Shown here: one piece after another, positions 53,353 to 64,000 of the stretch
How the letters are laid out: every line of letters begins with the position of its first letter
Position numbering within the stretch: the stretch's first letter is position 1
Assembly (NCBI GenBank): GCA_034780895.1
Contig: JAUZTB010000063.1
Location: 29,042,140-29,106,139, forward strand
Reading direction: 5' to 3'
Length of the DNA: 64,000 bases
DNA from: Rhynchobatus australiae
Lineage: Eukaryota
Made by a program: the position numbers and the translations under genes
Notes under the pieces: model-generated
The model's input: the letters and a program-made list of their open reading frames with translations, nothing else
Told to the model about the DNA's origin: nothing
Databases searched by the model: none

Positions 53353-53910
53353 AAAAAGACTCACAGCTCTACTGTTAACCCAGGTTAACCCAGAGAAGAA
53401 TAATTTTGTTCTTATTTCTGGTTACCAGTTTCTGCAGTACTGTTGTTTGGGAGAGAGCAAAGTGATGTTAATGGGGGCCAGGGCATCAGTGGTGGAGGTT
53501 ACGGTGTGGTTGAGCAAATCAATAACCAGTGGCGTGGCAATGTTAGACTAATGGCTATATGGTTGAATTGGGAATGAAGTAAGAGAGACTAATCCTAAAC
53601 TGTCAGGTTTCAGATGTCTCTTTTATGGGAGAAAAAATTTCTGACAATCCACCCGATCTATGCCTCTGATAACTTTGTATACTCTATCAGATCCCCCACC
53701 ATCACCACCCCCCAACCCCTCAGCCTCCTCTGCTCCAAAGAAAACAAATCCAGCCTATCCAGTCTCTCTCCATAGCTGAAAAGTTCCATCCCACAATTGA
53801 CAATGAGGATTTTTTGTTTAGATTGAAAGAACATAATAATATCATTCCCATAACAAATTCACAGTATAAAATCCAGTTTTAATTATAAAATAATCAAAGA
53901 CAGCATGTAC

Positions 53911-54036
53911 CTTCACTGTCCCATCATTGGAGCAGCTGGCTAGATATTGGTCATCAGGAGAAAAACTGCAATGGTTAACAGGTTCCCCATGGCCAAACAG
54001 AGTGTTTTTGCAGCTGGTCCCCTTCAGGTCCCATGT
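53911..54036 (-). CDS. APAF1: APAF1 coding exon (~exon 16), WD40
   Basis: 126 bp, ttttatag acceptor and AAG|gtacat donor. Encodes TWDLKGTSCKNTLFGHGEPVNHCSFSPDDQYLASCSNDGTVK. Confidence 0.95.
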
Positions 54037-55339
54037 CTATAAAATAGAACATAATAACAAGTGATTGGATTGAAAATGAAGAGAAATATATCTCTTATTC
54101 CTACTTTGTACTCCATCCCTTAACCTTGAGAGACTGATCAATTGTGTCTATAATCATATTTTTCTTTTTGAAATAAATTAGTCAGGCTTGCACAAGACTT
54201 GTGGTAAATTTCATGACCAGCTTACAACAGCAAGATAAAATTGTGCAATGCCCTCACAAAGGTAAATTTCAGAGACAAAGTTGTAACTGTAGCACACTTC
54301 AATGACTCAAAAGGCAAACACTGCAGTGATCCGGAAAATGCTCAATGCAACAAGCAAAATATCTCAATATTAAACTATATTTAATATTAAAAAATGTACA
54401 ACACAATGGAAACACATATCAAAGATTACATGGATAAATACATCAANNNNNNNNNNCATCAAGCAAGTACTTGCATAACATGCGAGTAAAAATCTCACCA
54501 ACTCTCCACCAAAATTAGCTTTAATAACCAACTGCAGAGCATCTGGCTGGTACAGTAGATACCCTATTGATATCAACTCCATGTAAAGCTGAAGCAGCAA
54601 CAGACATGAAGCATTTTAGATGCATGTACCTAAAATACTCCGTTGAACACAATTTACCAAAAGTACTGCCCTATCAATCAAAAACATTGTATTGTTTAAT
54701 ATTACTTTCTTGATCTATTAATTCAAACAATTGCACTGCAGGCTTTAGTGCTTTTCTGTTACTCTATTTCAATTTGAATATCCATCTTGTCAGTTTAATG
54801 TCCACATCAATTATAATAATAGTAGCTAGGGGCACACTTAAGTCATGGTTCTTGACAACATAAAAGCAGTCAATAAACATGAATTTAGAATGGATAGATC
54901 CAAATTAAAATCCCTGATTATTTTTTATGGAAGTGGTATCCCAAAGGGATACGATTTGGTGCATTCTGATCTCAAATTAAAACTTTTAATAAACACCATC
55001 ACTGAGGATGAAAGCAGTGGGAATTCAAGGCAAAATTTGGAAGGAGATAAGATATTAGCTACAAGAAAGGCAATTGCAGGAATTTTACTGCACTTACCGG
55101 TTGGGGAGGNNNNNNNNNNNNNNNNNNATTTCTAAACTCAGACCTTCCCTATCCCTCACCTACATTAAAGACAGGTACAAAGGCCCAATACAACTGGCTC
55201 AAGTTTTCAAAAGGTATTAGGTTAGATTGCCAACAACTTAAACTTATATATAATAGAAAAATATCCGAATGTGCTTCAAAAGGTAAAAAAAAATCCAGTA
55301 AAAGGCATTGAAAACTTCCCAAAGCTTCTAGGCTGATAA

Positions 55340-56880
55340 ATCAACCATGATTAATGATACCATCAACGCTGTCCTTAGGACCTAGTCTCTTAGACCAAAC
55401 TCTCATCAAACCAACAACACAAAGGAGGTCTGACTACCAATTAAGAAATGAAGAGTACAGCATCAAATCCTAAGAGCACAACATCCAAAGTTCTGAAGAC
55501 TGAGCGGGAGAAACAATGGTAAACAAAATCTATTTGCTGTTCCTTAAAATCTGGCTCACTGTAGAAATCTCATTCAGTTATGAATATCATCGTCCTTTTT
55601 AAAAAGGGAAACAAGGCTGCCTGTGAAAACCATTGAGACAATACGTCTCCTTGTTTGCTTTCTCTGTAGAAGGTATACCCCCAGAGTCCCATAGTGGTTT
55701 CATGAGGCACCTTTACATGAGTTTCATAGCCAGGCTGATCCAGCAGTGGTTCAAGAACAACTGAAGTTGTACATGGTCTTCACTGATCGGACCAAAACCT
55801 TTGACTGTTAATTTCCACAGATCCTTCCGACTACATCAGAGTTTGGCTATCCAAATGGATTTATCACCATTGTAAAACTTCTCCAAGATGGCCTTCCATC
55901 TTGTACTCTCCCTGAGTCCTTTGCCTCCTGAGCGGGTGAAAAATAGATTGTGTTTTGACACCAACACTTTTCTCCAGCCATGAAAACACTTTGTAATACC
56001 ATATGCCACAGGGCAACAGGATCAAATATCAGACAGATGGCAATCCCTTCAACATCACTCACCTCTGTGCTAGAACTAATGTAATATTGGCATTAGTAAC
56101 GGAATGCCAGTTTGCAGATGATTATATTGTAGGAACAGATTCAAAGGCAGACCTACAAGCAACCCTTTACTTCTCAGAAGCTTAAAAAAAACCTAAGGCT
56201 AACACTGAGCATCAGCAAAACAGAAATTCGTGGCCGGCCTGTCCCTTGTCAATCATCACACCTGCAATTGCATCAAGGAATTGGAAAGTGTAGAACACTT
56301 TGACGACCTTGCAACCATCACTCCTGCAGGGTAAGTACAGATGCTAAGATTCAGCACAGAATCCATTGCGCCAGACTTGCCTTCAGCAGTCTATCTCGTC
56401 AAGCATTCAATAACTGTAAATTCAGTGCATCTTTTAGTTTATAAGCAATAAGAGTCCCAACTCTCCAATAAGGCTGCAAGACTTGGGTGACCTTTAGAAC
56501 ACACCTGAAACAGCTGAAATGTCACCATTAGTAGTTTTTTCAAAAGTTCCTCAACATGAACTGGGAGGTTGCTGCACCAATGTCAGTGTGCACTCAGAGC
56601 CCAAAATCTTTTTGTGTTGTACTCCTGATAATCCAGCATCAACTGAGATGGGGCAGACAAATGAAGCCACCCTGTTCAAAATGACTGTTGTATTCCCAAA
56701 GCACCAAAGGAAATAGAAAAGCCAAACAAGAAGCTTTAAAAATACTCTGAAGGCAAACTTCAAGAGATACAGCATGGATATTGCACAATGGGAGACAGCA
56801 GCCTCTATTTAACAAAGATATGTCAGAGAAGGAGCAACTCACTTAAAAGAAAAATCATCTCACCCTGGTTGCGGGTAAAC
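55340..56880 (+). mobile_element. Degraded RTE-clade LINE ORF2
   Basis: IKYQTDGNPFNITHLCARTNV..VTECQFADD (RT YADD-type motif); upstream MVFTDRTKTFD. Confidence 0.68.
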
Positions 56881-57256
56881 ATGAGAATAGAAAAGGAAAT
56901 ATGTCCTATCTCATGTCCTAATCCTGACAAGGTCTAACAAGGTCTGCCAATGTGTCTGCAGCTCCAGGAAGTGATATCTCAGGCCCGTAAGAAAATTGCA
57001 AAAGAGATTGTCCTCCAGCGCAACTGATCGCTGTGATCAACAACTGTCTGGTTAGAACTCAGTTGATTGCTGGGTAAAAGGTCCACACAGTAACATAAAA
57101 CAACACATTTACAACAGGATAATACTTGTGGCATTACATGTTAAAACACTTATTGCAAATCAGTATTTCTCATCATGAGCAATGCCATCAAGCAGCACTA
57201 ATACAATAACAATGTGTCTTCTTTGTAAAAGACACCAAACCCAAAAAAGAACTTAC

Positions 57257-57388
57257 TTTAACAAGGGTATCATTGGAGCACGTTGCTAACATCATCTTAT
57301 GCCGCGAATGTGAAAACTGACAATAATTGACTTGTTCTTGATGTTCATGGTACGTGTGAATTAACTGTCCAGTTATTGAATTCCAGAT
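57257..57388 (-). CDS. APAF1: APAF1 coding exon (~exon 15), WD40
   Basis: 132 bp, tag acceptor and gtaagt donor. Encodes IWNSITGQLIHTYHEHQEQVNYCQFSHSRHKMMLATCSNDTLVK. Confidence 0.95.
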
Positions 57389-57561
57389 CTACAGAGAAAA
57401 TACTTTATTTAGCTGTTAAGTAGAGAAATATCATTAATAGAAAGACCAATATGTGCCATTCTTCAAGCCACTTATTTAAATAACTAATTGAAGATATAAT
57501 ACAAAAAACACATCTGCCAGAGACTCAAGAGACTGGTGATACTGGAATGTGGAGTGACAAA

Positions 57562-57665
57562 CAGTCCTGAGAGGGTTTTGACCTGGAACATCAACAGTTC
57601 CTTTCCCCCCCACAGCTGCTGCTTGACCTGCTGAGTTCCTCCAGCAGATTGTTTGTTGAAACACA
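57562..57665 (+). mobile_element. Short PLE-associated element with a degenerate hammerhead
   Basis: cagtcCTGA-GAgggttttgacctGGAAcatcaacag..cacagctgctgcttgacctgctgagttcctccagca. Confidence 0.65.
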
Positions 57666-57692
57666 TCATCCAGTTTTGCTGATATCTCTTAC

Positions 57693-57818
57693 CTGAACTT
57701 TTGTATCCGATGAACATGTGGCAACAAGTTTGTCATCTGGTGAAAATGCACAGCACAGCACTTCATCATCATGTGCAATAACCTCCAAAAGTTTCTCACC
57801 AGACTCGCTTTTAAAAAT
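57693..57818 (-). CDS. APAF1: APAF1 coding exon (~exon 14), WD40
   Basis: 126 bp, cag acceptor and gtaaga donor. Encodes IFKSESGEKLLEVIAHDDEVLCCAFSPDDKLVATCSSDTKVQ. Confidence 0.96.
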
Positions 57819-58466
57819 CTGTGAAACAAATTTTAAAAAATGTTGAAACAAAAGATTTCCTTCCCAGTATTTGTTTCAAGAACTTAACCATTCATCACAC
57901 ACGACCTTTAAGGTGCACCTAGAAAAATTTGTAGGAGGCAGTTTAAAAATGTTCCAAAAATAGTTGTGGATTTTATATTCCCAACACCTGACTGAAAAGA
58001 CTAACATTCCCCGAACCAGTAGTTTTTGAGTCCTTCCATGGATAAGTGAAGTACTGTACCATTCTGAACTATGCAGATGTGATGATGAGCCTTTTATTCT
58101 ATTACAACTTCTTCATGGAAGCATAAATTTCATTTTGAAAACCAGGTAAATGATAATTCATTCGTGATCTTATGAGTGAACACTTTGATGGCATCAAAGG
58201 GAAAAAAATTCAAAAGGTTATTTTTAATTGCAGGATGGGAAGTGTAACTTCCTGCTCGTCTTTTCCTTTCTATTTTGTGACACAACTATAAATATGGTTG
58301 GTAGTTATACAACAGGTGATAATGATTAAAACAATAGAAAAAATAACAAAAAGCATGATGTTTAGAAATTAAAGATATCAAAGAATTATTGTAATTATCT
58401 GTTTCTTATACTTTTCAGCACAATAATGGGATAATTTACAGATGAAGTGTTTAACTATTTGCTTAC

Positions 58467-58593
58467 CTGTAATGTTTTATCTGCTCCACAAGAAGCAATC
58501 TTCAATCCATCATGAGAAAAACATGCACAAAAAACGGCATCACAGTGAAGTTGAACAACAAGCCGTGATGAGTTCTGCAAGGTGGTCTTGTTT
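58467..58593 (-). CDS. APAF1: APAF1 coding exon (~exon 13), first WD40 repeat
   Basis: 127 bp, tag acceptor and CAG|gtaagc donor. Its first base completes the split Ile codon. Encodes NKTTLQNSSRLVVQLHCDAVFCACFSHDGLKIASCGADKTLQ. Confidence 0.95.
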
Positions 58594-60628
58594 CTATTAT
58601 ATGAAAATATTTGTTAACCTATATCCATGAAGGATAATGCTTAAAGTATATTGTTCCAGATATTTCTACATATTACAAAACAGAGCCAGCTTAGTAACAT
58701 AGAACATATGCAAATAAGAGTTGGATGGTTCAGAAGCATTCAAAGAAGGGCAAATGGCAACTAAGAGTGTGCTCCAGAGTTTATAAAGATTCTAGAACTA
58801 TAGAAATGGAGGGTAGGGGGAGAGGAAGAAGAAAGAAAGTGCAAAAGTTGGAAAACAGAGGGTAAGCGTCAGCCCAGAGGGCTGGAAGAGGTCACAGAGA
58901 TGAGCAGTTGTAAAGGCATGGCTGATTTATAGATGAATGCTCTGTTGGGGAGTAGCTAATGGGGTTTGCCAAGGTTGCAGTAAATGAAGCAAGATATAGG
59001 GTGAGGCAGAACAATCATAAAAGAGTTTTAGAAGTTGAAGTTTGAAAACCTGGCAAAGGAAACATTTCAGACATCCAGTCTTCACCTGAATGGGAATTCT
59101 GGACTGAGTAGGAGGNNNNNNNNNNNNNNNNNNNNNNNNNNNNNNNNNNNNNNNNNNNNNNNNNNNNNNNNNNNNNNNNNNNNNNNNNNNNNNNNNNNNN
59201 NNNNNNNNNNNNNNNNNNNNNNNNNNNNNNNNTGTCTGCGTGTGGGGCTTCTGTGCTTGGCTGTCTGGGGTCTACTCGCAGCTGAGACCTTGCCATTCAG
59301 CCTGAAGGCACAGATGGACAGCAAATTTGGCCCAATGCACCTGAACCAGGTGAGTGGAGACCTAGTCCGGGAAGATTCAGTCCAATGTTAAGGCCAGAGA
59401 GCTGCAAAATTCCCCATAAACAGATAAAGTTCTCTGGGCAATGAAAGTTTAATTGAAATAGTGTATAAACCCAGGAACAGAATACTCACCAGAGTATAAA
59501 TAAGGCAGCAAACTAAAGTTACAAGCATCTGGCTTGCACACATCAATTAAAATATCTGATCCTTGTAGTATGTACATACACACATAGAAATTACAGATAA
59601 AGTCACTTGTCCAGACAGTTCACATTAATGTTTATCCTTTATATATGCAGTCATACTAATTCCAAACAGTAGGTCTGTTCAATCAACCATCTGATCTATT
59701 TTTAATTATTGACATGTCTCTTGAGCTCACCAAAAATGTACTGTTCTCCACGCACACTACACTATTCCCCAGCATCAATCCAAACATTGTGTAATCTCAA
59801 ACTATTTGCTACAAAGTCAATTTGGCTGAGATCATGCAATTCAATCATAGGAGCTGTTTTCCTCTGATGATAAAGAACAGATGCCAGGTTCAAGATATTA
59901 CAACCACTTTAGATGTGCTCTAGCAATATCTGATGACATCTCAACAGTCAATGTGTTACTGAGTTTAACACCCTCCAGCATATGTGCTATTTATATAAAC
60001 CTACATGCCAGACAACAACTGTTGAATGGAAAGGTGCCAGTGTATTGTATCACAACTTATCCAATCTTAGTCAAAAACTGCAGACTATTTTAAAATAAAC
60101 ACAACAGAGAAATACCTGCAGATGACAAGATTTCAAAATTTCAATTCACAGCATAAATAATCACATTCATTAACAGACTGGGTAATCTTTGTTTCTGACT
60201 TAACAAGGGGATTTCATAAACAGAATATTTACTATATTTCAAAAAAACTAAGACCCTAACCTAATGGAAAACTAATTAATTCAATTGTTACNNNNNNNNN
60301 NNNNNNNNNNNNNNNNNNNNNNNNNNNNNNNNNNNNNNNNNNNNNNNNNNNNNNNNNNNNNNNNNNNNNNNNNNNNNNNNNNNNNNNNNNNTTACACTAT
60401 TATACAATTTTCAGTTGATTAAATAGGAACGACTCAATGTTTTCAACTTATTTTAGATTAAATATGATGAAATTAAATCTCCATGGTAGTCCAAAAATAT
60501 AGAAAGATAATATATGAAGAGCAAATCCAGTAAGCCTCCATTCCACCTGAAGAATACAAAAGCAAAATCACAATGATATTAGTTGGTTAAGCAGACTTTC
60601 TGACATTATACCACTTTTGAATACTAAC

Positions 60629-60813
60629 ATCCATTCCAAGTAGACAGCTCCATTTTTGGCTTTTTCCACAGCCTTCAGTTTTGCCTGACGGTACACTTCA
60701 GAGGAGTCTGGCTGAGAAAGCCCCAACTGCACAATATCTGGAAATGGTTTCTGCACCAGGAGATGACCTTTCAAAGACAGGAATTCTTGAAAATTCTCCC
60801 GCACAGTACTGTT
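60629..60813 (-). CDS. APAF1: APAF1 coding exon (~human exon 12), end of helical domain 2
   Basis: 185 bp, ttttacag acceptor and AT|gttagt donor. Encodes NSTVRENFQEFLSLKGHLLVQKPFPDIVQLGLSQPDSSEVYRQAKLKAVEKAKNGAVYLEW, matching APAF1 ENFQEFLSLNGHLLGRQPFPNIVQLGL..LYLEW. Confidence 0.96.
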
Positions 60814-63800
60814 CTGTAAAAGAAATAGTACAACTTTAACTTGTGGTTCATACAGATCAATCCATGTACAGACAGCTACCGTCATAACTGCCTGCACTTG
60901 CCATTTCAGGCCGGAAGGGATATAGATCAGCAAGATCCCTTGGCGATCACCAATTTACCGACCTTCCGACTGCTGCTCACTAGCAAAGCTGGTTCTTTGC
61001 CAAGCCACTGGGACTGAATCTTCCAGCTCTTGTGTCAATAGGTGACCTCCTCTGTTAGTGATCAGGCATCCACTGAGATGTGTTGGTGCACAAATCACTC
61101 AGTGGTGAGGCACCTCAGAACAGTAGGTTCAAGTCTCTACCTGATGGGATCAGAATTTGTGCTACATAATGCAAAAGACCAGCAGCAAATACCATTTTAT
61201 AAAGCATTTTAAATACTCAGCCAAAACAGCAAATCGCGAGACCCAAGTGAGACACAGTTGTGCAATCTAATGAGATCCCACACACATCCTCACGTGCAAG
61301 AAAGTGATAAGATAACATTGGAATTTCAACTTTTTTTTTCATATCAAGTATTTTAAGTCTGAATCATCAAGACCAATGAAACTCAATTTTACACAGGCAA
61401 CTTAAATAATCAACTATTTGAACTACTTTAAAACACCTCATAAATCCATGGAGAGTGAGGGTTAGGAAAGGGACCCCTATTAGAATTGCAACTTAAACTT
61501 AGAGTCAATGAGAAGGGACATAGACACCACCACCCAGGAGAAACTATTGAAACACCACCACCAAGTGACACAATTTGCAGCTGCCACACCAGGTAGGGTA
61601 CGGAGAATGTCATGGGGTGGGTGTCTCAAAAATCAGAGGACAGTTATCTAATGCTTTATGGAATGCTGCAAATTTCTCACTTTTTTATTTTGCATTTGTA
61701 GCATGCATTGGAATCATTACTCTGCCAACTATGTTTGGCAGGGTCAGCCAGCTGAATTTAGTTGGAATTAAGCAGGTCTGCCAAGGTTTGCTAGGTGAAA
61801 CATCCTGTAGCTGCAACAATATAGTGAGTGCCGGATGGACATTGGGTTGGATAATTCAGCCCAAAAGCCATACATACTGTGATTTCCAAAATGTTAAATA
61901 TTCTGTATTGCGAATTGCTACGAATGCCATATTATTAGATAGGATTAGTATCTCCTAACAAGGCAGTGTCATAAAGTTCTTTATAACAATTTTCTCCCAA
62001 CCTCTTAATGGTCCTTGCTAAATATCTATTCATGTCCTTGTCTACCTTGCAGCTGAAACACTGACAAGAAACCTTCTATAAATAATAAACCACCACGTCA
62101 AAGGGAATGATCTGAATGAAATAAACTAAATGGATGAGACTATGGACCACTGAAAAAGATGTCTCCACAGTTTACATTTGAAATTGGTGTTATTGGTGAA
62201 AATATTAATAAAGGATGTTTTTAAAAAGATGGAAAAGTACAAATAAAACTAATCAAAATCATATGATTGTCAAAGAGCTGGAAATATTAGCAACCTTCTT
62301 GTGAATTTAATTGTGTTCTTCCTCTTTTAATAGATGTGTGGAATAACTTTCTACAAAACAATGCACCGTTAAACTCTTAAAAACAGGATGAATATATGGT
62401 TAAGAACATGACTGAAGTCTGTAAGTATTAACTGCAGAGGAAAAGTGAAATATTTAATCGGTATTTGGCTTTCATCTTTCAGATCCAAGCTCAAATTCAG
62501 TCAAGCCTGACAAAATCTCTCTTATATCCATGTGAAATAAATTAAGATCATTCAACTAAATTCTTAATGTGCTATGGCCCACGTCACAAAATAGCACACA
62601 ACAGAAAACTGCTCCTGTGCATCAATGATTATCAATTTCAGTCAGGGAGGCTATAAGATGACAAGCATTGGTAAGTAAAATTATATGGATAAATCGGAAG
62701 TCCTCTTTGGGCACTAGGGCTAGCTAAAATGTTAGGCAGATTAGAGGGAATTAAACTCACAATAACTGAATCAGAAGCACTCATGAATGACATTGGAGAC
62801 AAAAAAAGAGGAAATAATCCAAATACTAATATTTTCAATTTATACAAGATTCACCAACTATACGCAATCAATTAAATGCTCTGTGACAGAGGTGATCAAC
62901 TTGTAGCTCTTGAACCACTTGGTATTCAAGCTCTGTCAATGTGGACCTTGAGACTTATTTATGCTAATACTTATTTGTCAGGTTGATTCATTTGTCATTT
63001 GAAAAGCACTGCTCTCAGCACCACTGCCTTGCAGGCAAATAAGTACCAAATCAAAACAGATATGTTAGTATATGCAACCTGAGACTTATGTTAATGTAGA
63101 GGAATATTGGTTTAAACCCTTGGTAATGATGAGGTCAAAGAAGGAGCCAGCTGTAAGAAACAACAGATTACTTGTAACTGAGACAGACCTTGAATGAATC
63201 ACAACTGAAATGCAAATTGTCAGAGAATACATTAATATCCAACAATTTTGCTTAATCGTGATCAATGCTGAGATAAACACTCACATATAACTTCTTGAAG
63301 CATTTACTTGTGGTCAATTTTCATTCTTAGGGCAGAAAGACAACTAATTGTAGATGACCCAAAGAGGGAATGCGATTGATTGGTTGAATGGCTTTCTTTA
63401 TTAGTTATTTTATTCTTATTGTATTAGTAACCATGATCCCTGATTCCAGGATGGCAGAGAAATGAAAACACAATGCCACTGATATTTTTAAGAATTATGG
63501 TAGTTAAAATGATGTTAGCATGTTTAGTCAGATCTTAACACTGAAAACACAGTTTAATGTTACTTAAGCTTATACTCTAATCATGCTTTTTTATTCAATA
63601 ATTGAAAGCTATTGTGAACTGCATTTTTCAACTCTATCAGTCACTTTAGATAGCAACAGCTTGCTGCATTTATATAGTGAACCATAATGCAAAGAAACAT
63701 GTGAATATTCTAAGGAGAGTATTATCAAATAAGAAAATGTCACAAAAGCACAAAAAAATATATTGGAACAGAATGCCAAAGGTTTAAGAAGCATCATAAA

Positions 63801-64000
63801 GGAAAGAACAGAAGTTAGGAGACAGAGTGTTTTATGGAGGTAATTCCAGAGTTTAGGGCCCTGGCAATGGAATCACAGTCAATAATGAAGGTTGTGCAAG
63901 AGATCAGAAATGGAGGAATGAAAGGCTAAAAAGTTTGTAGATCTAAAAGAGTTGAGATCAGCACCATGGGAAGTCTTGCATTTTGTAATTGAGATTTTAT

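Noticed and set aside
60568-60933. 121-aa ORF as a standalone gene
   Set aside because: It is APAF1 exon 12 plus intronic read-through on both sides.
60870-61150. SINE-like stretch with an 8-bp hairpin (ccactgag..ctcagtgg) and a B-box-like ggttcaagtc
   Set aside because: No complete tRNA fold or recognisable family; insufficient support for a call.
63086-63160. Acceptor-like tttcttacag on the minus strand as a candidate APAF1 exon 11
   Set aside because: No frame resembles the expected ELCALMFSLDWIKAK..GPAHLIHE sequence; exon 11 probably lies beyond the window.

Overview
This is eukaryotic vertebrate DNA. The repeat families (CR1/HER1-type LINE tails, Rex1/Babar, RTE, Penelope-like elements, a tRNA-SINE) suggest a cartilaginous fish; this is an inference. 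The scaffold contains many N gaps. The whole window lies inside one minus-strand gene, APAF1 (apoptotic protease-activating factor 1). I traced 13 consecutive coding exons by hand, from the end of helical domain 2 through most of the WD40 propellers (human-equivalent exons ~12-24). All have GT-AG boundaries and join into one continuous reading frame. Both gene ends lie outside the window. The introns are mostly decayed transposable elements. Main observations: (1) a family of short Penelope-associated elements carrying minimal type-I hammerhead-ribozyme motifs, including one copy inserted into the ribozyme core of another with a 13-bp target-site duplication; (2) an exact 89-bp direct repeat bracketing the 129-bp WD40 exon that is alternatively spliced in mammals; (3) a strongly divergent exon 21 with tandem donors and a possible micro-inversion. 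I see no evidence for a prokaryotic or CRISPR-type system, and no wholly new system is demonstrated. Exon numbers and homology calls come from recalled sequences, not a database search, and repeat boundaries are approximate.
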